DNA from: Heterodontus francisci
Taxonomy: Eukaryota
Direction: 5' to 3'
NCBI RefSeq assembly: GCF_036365525.1
Contig: NC_090419.1
Coordinates: 13,082,001-13,146,000 of the forward strand
DNA length: 64,000 nt
Below are positions 57,501-64,000 of the stretch, piece by piece. Each line of letters begins with the position of its first letter. The first letter of the stretch is position 1. The notes beneath the pieces were generated by a model. It saw only the letters and a list, made by a program, of their open reading frames with translations. It was not told where the DNA came from and searched no databases. The translations under genes were made by a program, and so were the position numbers.

Positions 57501-59279
57501 ATTGCAGCAAGACATCCCTGCTCCTGTACGCGAATCCTCTCGCTATGAAGGCCAACATACCATTTGCCTTTTTTACCGCCTGTTGCACCTGCATGGGCTG
57601 CTTTGTCCTGGATGGTGTCCGAGCTTCTTGAGTGTTGTTGGAGCTGCAACCGTCCAGGCAAGTGGAGAGTATTCCATCACACTCCTGACATGTGCCTTGT
57701 AGATGGTGGACAGGCATTAGGGAGTCAGGAGGAGAGTTACTCGCTGCAGAATTCCCAGCCTCTGAATACAACCCTCGTCTGTCTAATCTCTCCTCGTAGC
57801 TTAACTCTTGGACTCCAGGCATAATTCTAGCAAATTTATGTCAGATTTGCTTCAAGGCCAATATATCCCTCCTAAGGTGTTGGGCCCAGAGCTTCCACTT
57901 CTGCACATCCAGAACTATGGGCCATAAAATATAAGATAGCAACTCATAAATCCAATCGGAAATTCAGGAGTAACGTCTTTCCCCAGTGAACCAGGAGACA
58001 CAGTCTCAGAATAAGAGACAGGCCATTACAGACTGAGATGAGGAGGAATTTCTTCACTCGGAGGGTGGTGAATCAGTGGAATTCTCTACACCAGAGGGCT
58101 GTGGAAGCTCAGTCATTGAGCATGTTCAAGACTGAAATCGATAGATATCTGGATACTAATGACATCAGAGGGATATGGGATGGGGGAAAATGGCACAGAG
58201 GTAGATGATCAGCCATGATCTGTTTGAATGGCGGAGCAGGCTCGAAGGGCCGAATGGCCTACTCCTGCTCCTATTTCCTATGTTCGTTCCTATTAGCTCT
58301 TCAATGTTCGAGACTGTCAGCCTGAGCTACGGATGCACGTCAGGGAGGGAGCCTGAGATCCAAAACCTGTGACCGGCTGAAACCATTTCCGCCCCAGGGA
58401 ACTGTCAGGAATAACGTGCAGAAGGAGTTTTGAGGAACTTAATATCACATCGCTCCATGAAAGGAACGTTGTGCTACCTAAAACCAGTTTAGAATAATAT
58501 GGAGTAGATTTTCTAATTGAACGGGCCTGACCCAGAGCTCTGTGCAGTGGGGAGTGGGTATCGGGGATTAGTGGGCGGAGGTCAGTGCCTCGACACGTGA
58601 CCTCGCACAACTTCCCGTCCATTCATTTAACTCGTAAGATCCACCGTGCAAATCATCAGGCCTGGAAACCACGCGCACCGATTTCTGCGCTCAAATTCCG
58701 ATATGTGTCTCTGTCACATGAAGCTTTTCACCCGCGGCACGAGCTGTACAATTTATCCTCCGCAGGTGCGAGACCTCACTGAGAGACTGAAACACTTAGC
58801 ATACTGAAATCTGAGTGTGAGCAAAGCACAATTTTTTTTTAAAGTTAAGATTGGAGCACATTTTCAAAAGAGCCGTGCTCATGTTTTTCTGCAGTTTAGT
58901 TTTAAAAAATTCAGAAACATTAACTCTGAAGGTCACAATCATGAGACACTCACTCTTGGAGGCTGAATTTAGCAGCTCATACTCAGACTTTCATCCCATC
59001 AGTCAGGACTGGATTGGAACCCAAACCCCACCCCACCCCCCCACCCCGAGGTGCCTTAACTTGGATCTTCCTTGAGGTCATTTTGCTCAGATTCCCCAGC
59101 AAGAGAGCAGGGCAGCTCAGAGATTGCACCAGCACACTACAAGATCAATTCTGTGATCTAAGCTCCACACCAGGTCACAAGCCAGATCCCAATGGTGTCC
59201 ACACAACACACTCACCGATCGCTGAAATTGTTACTGTAGTAAGTGAGGCGATGATTATTAGGGAGCCACAGAGTTCCAT
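51489..59279 (-). CDS. MHC W-category alpha chain (WA)-like / MHC class II-architecture alpha chain; exons 59279-59216 (leader), 56526-56254 (alpha1), 54552-54271 (alpha2 Ig-C1), 51755-51644 (CP/TM), 51528-51489 (cytoplasmic); 771 nt, 256 aa
   Basis: Leader [21 protein letters not shown] (aacATGG, phase-1 GTGAGT). Cys-free 91-codon membrane-distal domain. C1-set domain [49 protein letters not shown]. Class II-alpha-type [19 protein letters not shown]. Tail [13 protein letters not shown]. Intron phases 1,1,1,2 with no stops. Confidence 0.85.
51644..51755 (-). CDS. WA-like exon 4 (connecting peptide + transmembrane)
   Basis: [38 protein letters not shown]; CxxGxxxGxxG motif as in class II alpha TM helices. 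Confidence 0.88.
51930..52930 (-). mobile_element. DeuSINE (SacSINE1-like) with a 33-bp minisatellite expansion (52240-52930), in a WA intron
   Basis: Reverse complement of the structure at 1-1065. Confidence 0.78.
53640..54150. repeat. ~32-35-bp G-rich minisatellite, ~15 copies
   Basis: Unit GTGTGTCAGTATTTACAGGGGG(A/G)TCCCCGGGGGA. Confidence 0.92.
54271..54552 (-). CDS. WA-like exon 3 (alpha2 Ig C1-set domain)
   Basis: 282 nt, phase 1-1; L-x-C..FYP..YSC-x-V-x-H C1-set signature. Confidence 0.92.
56254..56526 (-). CDS. WA-like exon 2 (alpha1 membrane-distal domain)
   Basis: 273 nt, phase 1-1, open: [91 protein letters not shown]. Beta-strand-like first half (F-x-Y-D motif) followed by a long helix-like segment. 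Confidence 0.8.
56880..58290. mobile_element. Mosaic of CR1-group LINE fragments in WA intron 1
   Basis: ORF 57007-57822 ([19 protein letters not shown]) plus plus-strand 3' ends. Confidence 0.8.
59216..59279 (-). CDS. WA-like exon 1 (signal peptide)
   Basis: ATG GAA CTC TGT..GCG ATC G|GTGAGT; 21 codons + 1 nt; hydrophobic core. Confidence 0.8.
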
Positions 59280-59909
59280 GTTGGGGAAGGACTTCTTGTT
59301 TCTCCAGGAGCACCCGAGTGATGTGAATGCAGCCGTTTCTGTTCACGATTGCTCGGTGCAGCTGCGAACCAACTCCGTTCTGTTTCAATGATGTAACTCA
59401 ATCTCACCATCCAAACACATCACCGGAGGCTCATTTCTCAACTTGGCATTGGTTCAAACTGAGAATCCAGTTGTTCAGGAAACAGAGAGTTTAAATACGT
59501 AACAACTACTTGCCCTTATTTGGAGGCACCTTTAACGTTGCAAAACATCCCAAAGCACCAGACACTGTGGGTTTGGTTGGGGGGTTGGTGGGGGCATTGG
59601 CATCTCCACCTACAGGCAGGATTCAAAATGTTAGCTGGGATGATCAAAGGCAACAGGAATGAGGTAGGTTTTGAGGAAGCTTTTAAAAGAGGAGTGAAAG
59701 ATACCAGGATGGAGGGAATTCCAAAGTGTGGGAGTGGTGTTTAGGTGGATGAGGGGGGTGGGGTGCGGAGAATGGGGAGAGTGAACAATTAGGAGAACAG
59801 AGAGACCCAGAGCTTGAGCAGATGGGAGAAGCAGGATAGGACCAAACATGGAGGGACTTGCAGGAACTGAAGCACTTGAAATGAGTTTTCCACTTTTCCC
59901 CTGGTATAT

Positions 59910-60645
59910 TGGAGCGAATGACCATCTCAAACAAGAGAGAATCTAACCATCTCCCCTTGATGTTCAACAGCATTACCATTGCTGAATCCCCCACTATTAA
60001 CATCCTGGGGGGGGTTACCATTGACCAGAAACTGAACTGGAGTAGCCATATAAATACCGTGGCTACAAGAGCAGGTCGGAGGCTAGGAATCCTGTGGCGA
60101 GTAACTCACCTCCTGACTCCCCAAAGCCTGTCCACCATCTACAAGGTACAAGTCAGGAGTGTGATGGAATACTCTCCACTTGCCTGGATGGGTGCAGCTC
60201 CAACAACACTCAAGAAGCTCGACACCATCCAGGACAAAGCAGCCCGCTTGATTGGCACCCCATCCACAAACATTCACTCCCTCCACCACCGACGCACAGT
60301 GGCAGCAGTGTGTACCATCTACAAGACGCACTGCTGCAACGCACCAAGGCTCCTTCGATGGCACCTTCCAAACCCGTGACCTCTACCACCTGGAAGGACA
60401 AGGGCAGCAGATGCATGGGAACACCACCACTTGCAAGTTCCCCTCCAACCCATACGCCATCCTGACTTGGAACTATATCGCCATTCCTTCACTGTCGCTG
60501 GGTCAAAATCCTGGAACTCCCTTCCTGACAGCACTGTGGGTGTACCTACCTCACAAGGACTGCAGCGGTTCAAGAAGGCAGCTCACCACCAACTTCTCAA
60601 GGGGCAATTAGGGATGGGCAATAAATACTGGCCTAGCCAGTGACA
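59910..60645 (+). mobile_element. Second CR1/L2-group LINE family, 3' fragment (other copies at ~34320-34710, 43790-44215, 50915-51385, all minus)
   Basis: [42 protein letters not shown]. Confidence 0.8.
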
Positions 60646-60649
60646 TCAA

Positions 60650-62340
60650 GAAAGGGATGCTTATGTCAGATACCAAAAGCTCAGTACTGCAGAAAGCCCA
60701 GAGGAGTGCAGAAAGTGCAGGGTGAAATTATAAAGGAAATTAGGAAAGCAAAGAGAGGGCATGAAAAGGTATTGGCAAGTCAAGGAAAAGCCAAAGATGT
60801 TTTATAAATACATAAAGAGCAAGAGGAGAACTAAGGAAAGAGTAGGGCCAATTAGAGACCAAAGAGGTAACACGTGTGGAAGTCATAGGCATGGTTCTCA
60901 ATGAATACTTTGCATCTGTCTTCATAAAAGAGGGCGACAAAGCAGACACTGCAGTTGAGGAGGAGTGTGAAATATTGGATGGAATAAACAGAATGAAAGC
61001 GGAAATATTAAGGAATTTAGCATCTTTGAAAGTGGACAAGTCACCAGGCCCAGATGAAATGTACCCCAGGCTGCTAAGAGAAACAAGGGAGGAAATAGCA
61101 GAGGCTCAGACCATGATTTTCCAATCCTCTCTAGCTACAGGCATGGTGTTGGACTGAAGGATTGCAAATGTAGTATTGTTGTTTAAAAAGGGAGAAAGGA
61201 ATAGACCTAGTAATTACAGACCAGTCAGTCTAACTTCGGTGGTAGATTAATTATCGGGATAAAACTCTGAGGGACAATATTAATTATCATTTCGAAAGGC
61301 ACAGATTAATCGAGGAAAGTCAGCATAGATTTATTAAAGGAAGGTTGTGTCTGACTAACTTGACTGAATTTTTTTTTGAGGAGTTAACAAGGAGGGTTGA
61401 TATGGGTAGCACATTTGAGGTAGTCTTCCTGGATTTTAGAAAGGCTTTTGACAAGATTCCACATGGCAGACTGGCCAGAAAAGTAAAAGCCTGTGGGATC
61501 CAAGGCAAAGTAGCAAGTTGGATCTAAAATTGGTTCAGTGGCAAGAATCAAAGGATCAACACGTGTTTTTGTGACGGGAAGGCGTTTCCAGTGGAATTCC
61601 ACAGGGCTCAGTAATAGTTCGGACTGCAGGAAAATGTCAATGAACTGGTCAGGTGGGGAGAAAAGCGGCAAATGGAATTCAATCTGGAGAAGTGTGAGGT
61701 GATGCATTTGGGGAGGGCAAACAGGTCAGGGAATGCACAATAGGATACTGAGGAGTGTAGAGGAACGGAGGGACCTTGGAGTGCATGTCTACAGATCCCT
61801 GAAGGTGGCTGGACAGATCGATAAGGTGTTCAAGACGACAATATGAAATTCTTGCTTTTATCAGCCGAAGCACAAAATGTAAGAGCTGGGAGGCCCTGCT
61901 AGAACTGTTTAAAACACCAGCTCAACCACAGCTACTGTGTACTGTTCTGGTCACCGCTTTACAGAAAGGATGTGCTGAGCTGGAGAGGGTACAAAGGAGA
62001 TTTATGGGGATATGTCCAGGAATGGAGAATTTGAGCTAAGAGGGAAGATTGGATAGGCTAGAACAGAGGAAGCTGAGGGGAGATTGACTTGAAGTGTATA
62101 AAATTATGAGATAGAGTGGATCGGAAGTTTCTACTTCAATGAGGAGGGATCAATAACTGGGGGTGTCGATTTAAAGCAATTGGTAGAAGGATTAGTGGGG
62201 GGGGGAAGTTGAGTAATATTTTCCCACAGAGGGTGGTGGGGGTCTGGAACTCACAGCCCGAAAGGGTGGTAAGGAAAGAAACCCTCATCACATTTTTAAA
62301 AAATACTTGAATGGGCACGAGGTGCTGTAACCTATGGACC
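60650..62340 (+). mobile_element. Decayed CR1-type LINE between the WA and WB leader exons
   Basis: LNEYFASVF, KSPGPDEMYPRLL and LDFRKAFDKIPH remnants. Confidence 0.82.
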
Positions 62341-62802
62341 AAGAGCTGGAAGGTGGGAGCACTCACTCGTGGGTACCAGGAGCCCCTCAGGAGAGTGCCT
62401 GGTGAGCAGTCCAACTCACCCGAAATATGACCCAGCACTGACAACACACACAGACACACACATATCACACCTCATCAAAGGGTGTCAGCCAGTCACTATT
62501 TATGACGAGACTATCCCTTTAAGAGAAACTATCCCTTTAATGGAAGTTTTGTGACAAGCACGAGGAAGTGGAATCAAATTAATTGTCTGTCAAAGTGCAG
62601 CTGCCGGATAAACCACAGGTGTAATCGGAGTCTTCAATGGTGTGTGTTTCTGTGACCGAGGAGCTTCAGTGGGTGGAGTCAGTGATCTTAATGGAAGGGC
62701 TCGTCTCTCAGGAATTCAAAGCAAGTCTTAGCGGACTCCTCAATTCAATCAGTCGCACCTTTAATTCAGGCCTGCGAGGAGATCCATTGCCTTCCTTTCG
62801 AG

Positions 62803-62869
62803 ATGTCAGTTTTCTACAGATGGGTGTTTGTGGCTGTTTCTGTTCTGGCTGTGGTGGACAGTTCGAGCG
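62803..62869 (+). CDS. Signal-peptide exon of a divergently transcribed gene, probably the W-category beta chain (WB); remainder lies beyond the window
   Basis: gagATG TCA GTT TTC TAC AGA TGG GTG TTT GTG GCT GTT TCT GTT CTG GCT GTG GTG GAC AGT TCG AGC G|GTGAGT = MSVFYRWVFVAVSVLAVVDSSS + phase-1 donor. Lies in unique sequence, head-to-head with the WA-like gene. The WB identity is inferred from this arrangement only. Confidence 0.6.
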
Positions 62870-63489
62870 GTGAGTAGGTTATGACCCTCCCCCTCACTTT
62901 AACACACTACCTGAGGGGTTTGGATCAAGTACATCGGGGAGAAGCTACTGCTCAGTGATTCACTATACGGAGGGTTATCAGGAGATAGGACGTGCTGCCA
63001 GAAACCGTGGTAGGAGCAGAACTCATAATAGCTTTTAAAAGGGAAAGTTGAAGAAGAGAAATGAAAGGCTTGTGGGGAAAGACCAGGGGAATGGGACTCA
63101 GGGTGGAGCTCAGAGAATTGGTACAGGTGCGATGGGCTGAATGGCCTCCAGAATCCACATGTCATTCTTCAATTACGGACTTGCCGGCCATCCCACTTCT
63201 AAATTGGTATGCCTCGTGTCCGTTTTATGCCCGAGAAAGGGCGCAATGTGGGTTAATTGTATAATAATTGAGTATTTAATTGTATGCAGGTGGTGGGTAT
63301 TAACTCGTCATAAAGTGGAGTCATCGAGCCATTTACGGCACAGAAGGAGGCCACTTGGCCCACCGAGTTCATGCTGCCTCTCTGCAGAACTATCCTGTCA
63401 GTCCCACTCCCCTCCTTGATCCAGGTAGCCCTGCAAGTTTATTTCCTTCAAAGTGCCCATCCAACTTCCTTTTTAAACCATGATTTAAT

Positions 63490-64000
63490 AATCATGATGT
63501 CAGCTAGCAAAAAATATAAAAATGGACTGTAAAAGCTTCTGTAGGTACGTAAAAAGGAAACGTTTGGCTAAGACAAATGTGGGTCCATTACAGGCAGAGT
63601 CAGGAGAGTTTATAATGGGGAAATGACAGTGAAGCTAAATGATTACTTTGCGTCTGTCTTCACTGAGGAAGAGACAAGAAATCTCCCAGAATTAGCGATC
63701 CAAGGGATTAGGGGGAATGAGGAATTGAAGGAAATTAGTCTCAGTAAGAACATTGTATTGGAGAAATTAATGGGGCTGAAGGTTGATAAGTCCCCAGGAC
63801 CTGATATTCTACATCCCAGAGTGTTGGAAAAGAGGTAGCTATGGAGATAGTGGATGCATTGGTGATCATCTTCCACAATTCTATAGATTCTGGAGTGATT
63901 CCTGCAGATCGGAAGGTAGCAAATATCACCGCACCATTTAAAAAGGGAGGGAGAGAGAAATCAGGGAATTACAGACCTGCTATAGCCTTACATCAGTCAT
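63490..64000 (+). mobile_element. CR1-type LINE fragment running off the window end
   Basis: LNDYFASVF..KSPGPDILHPRVL. Confidence 0.85.

Noticed and set aside
62420-62475. Minus-strand hydrophobic segment (ICVCLCVLSVLGHISG|GTGAG) as the WA leader exon
   Set aside because: The signal-like frame has no ATG and an in-frame stop just upstream; the ATG-bearing frame ends in phase 2. The exon at 59279-59216 fits far better.

Overview
Repeat-rich eukaryotic genomic DNA from a cartilaginous fish (shark-type DeuSINE/SacSINE1-like and HE1/V-SINE copies, CR1/L2 LINEs, Penelope-like fragments), with one N gap at 5762-5942. I rebuilt five spliced protein-coding genes by hand from splice sites and reading frame; the ORF track is mostly repeat noise. 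(1) The 3' six exons of an organic solute transporter alpha (SLC51A-like) gene with a long C-terminal tail (+). (2) Complete WDR13 (+, 9 coding exons, 484 aa), plus a candidate extra 36-nt in-frame cassette exon. (3) Complete FTSJ1/TRM7 (-, 10 coding exons, 331 aa). (4) A complete 5-exon, 256-aa MHC-family alpha chain (-) with class II-type architecture and a beta2-microglobulin-like Ig domain, best read as a W-category MHC alpha chain (WA). (5) A head-to-head signal-peptide exon (+) 3.5 kb upstream of WA, probably the partner beta chain (WB), which continues past the window. A ~5.6-kb Tx1-clade retrotransposon in an FTSJ1 intron is inserted, with an apparent target-site duplication, into a dispersed 72-bp minisatellite, so it may be a target-specific element. 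All family assignments rest on recalled motifs; no database searches were run.
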